DNA of 64,000 nucleotides, taken from assembly GCA_047495785.1 (NCBI GenBank), contig JBLDXI010000042.1:1426001-1490000 (forward strand), in the 5' to 3' direction. Source of the stretch: Lepidodermella squamata. Taxonomy: Eukaryota > Animalia > Gastrotricha. The first letter of the stretch is position 1; the number at the start of each line of letters is the position of its first letter. Shown piece by piece: positions 62,901-64,000 of this stretch. Below the pieces are notes generated by a model. It ran no database searches. It was not told the DNA's origin and saw nothing but the letters and a program-made list of their open reading frames with translations. The position numbers and the translations under genes were made by a program.

Positions 62901-64000
62901 CTTCGATGTTCCAATTCGCTTATACCCACGCTTTTGTACCTAGTGTGGTCCGACCGCATGCGAAACATACGATAATTTTCCTAACTTCGACAAACTACGA
63001 CGACGAAAATATCGATGCAGCTGTTTACGAAGCTTCCCAAGCTTTGAAACGCAACATTCGCATCGTAGCTGTTGGATTGGGCCAGTTCCCAGTCGAACAT
63101 CAATTGACGGCAATTGCTAACAATAGTATGGAAAACGTCTATTTCGATCGGAATTTTGAGAAGTTGTCCGATCTCTCTTGCCAACTTAGCAACCTTCATT
63201 GCTCGTACCGGGAATGTTCGCCAGCTTTTCAGCAAGCTTCGAAATCGACCACTGAAGCTTCGGAACGTTCGGCTACAACCACACAAGAATCTACTACAAC
63301 TACCCAGGAACCTTTACCGACTTCGACCATGGAGCCTGAGACAACTTCAAGTTCGGAACCTTCAACCACTGAACCTTTGCCAACTTCAACTGAAGTTCCA
63401 ACGACAACTGAGGTTCCAACTACGGCTACAACAGAGCATTTGGTGACGGAGACCGAAACTACTACTGAACCTTCGACTACAACAACAACCGAAGCTCAAA
63501 CGACTGTAACCCAAGCTGGAACTACGCCGACTTCGAAGCCGAATGAAAGATTGGTTGATATCGGCTCGATCTACCCGAATATGGACTGCCCGCAGGGTGC
63601 CTCGAGCGAGGGTTACACCTTCTACGCAGTTTTCATGTCTAATGTTCAGCCTGAGTTGATCAGCGACCTCGAACTGTTTGTCGCGTTATCTGGAACGAAT
63701 CGGCCTAACGTGATCGCTGCGGTTGAGATTGACTCGCACTACTTCCGCGATCGCCTGTTTGTTCACGGTGGGCAGATGGGTCGAGTTTTGTTGCCGAGGT
63801 CTGCGTTTGAAATGCCGTTGACTGGTTCGGCGTCTCTACATGCGAAGGGATTAAAGATTTCGGCGAATGCGTCCATCACTGTCTATACAATCAATAGGCA
63901 GGGCTACTCGTCCGATGGAACAATCGTTTTTCCTGAAGAAGGGCTGGGTTCAGAGTATCTAACGGTTTCTTACTACCCGTCGGACCACTTCACTCAATTT
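59915..64000 (+). CDS. Large extracellular mosaic protein: DOMON - PAN - PAN - VWA - Thr-rich mucin stalk - IgGFc-binding-protein N-terminal-like domain; runs off the right edge
   Basis: Leader, then WLSIAFSNDRLM|PRSDVVMG (DOMON), ECKQRCDFTAECTSFTY and DCAKVCEVLPTCPGFSY (PAN). A long exon from 62625, absent from the ORF track, has IRIVAVGLG...QLTAIA (VWA), a TTE/PTT tract, and SEGYTFYAVFMSN...KGLKIS...SSDGTIVFPEEGLGSEYL (IgGFc-binding N-terminal type). Confidence 0.82.
60931..61299. mobile_element. MULE-like MITE in an intron
   Basis: About 21-bp gcggaaccaaattt repeats, five on the left and three inverted on the right; flanking duplication ttttgaaa (60923-60930, 61300-61307). Confidence 0.8.

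Noticed and set aside
63114-63446. Q/L/R-rich ORF in the track
   Set aside because: Alternative frame of the Thr-rich mucin tract in the long exon starting at 62625.

Overview
Eukaryotic (animal-type) genomic DNA with GT-AG introns mostly about 45-60 nt long, abundant CpG and many transposon remnants; the taxon cannot be fixed from sequence alone. The supplied ORF track fragments most real genes, so exons were spliced by hand. The main content (9.2-46.3 kb, minus strand) is a tandem cluster of a secreted protein family I do not recognise: three apparently intact 26-exon paralogs (A 9703-17686, B 18776-23546, C 28696-39610) plus three broken relatives. Each intact gene encodes a signal peptide, 12 four-cysteine modules arranged as 4 super-repeats of 3, and two LamG/ConA-like domains, ending in EINCAxYSIPALK. 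Other genes: a GABA-B-like Venus-flytrap receptor N-terminus, a secreted two-PAN protein, a disrupted kinase-ankyrin gene carrying a young RTE LINE, a Ly6/three-finger protein, an orphan two-exon gene, and a DOMON-PAN-PAN-VWA-mucin-IgGFc-binding mosaic gene running off the right edge. Non-coding highlights: a minimal type I hammerhead ribozyme (37358-37393), a perfect 70-bp inverted repeat of a tRNA-like Pol III head, a 3.6-kb CCC-ended element with a palindromic 62-bp array, and many nested MITEs with readable target-site duplications (TSDs). All domain calls come from motif recognition, not database searches.
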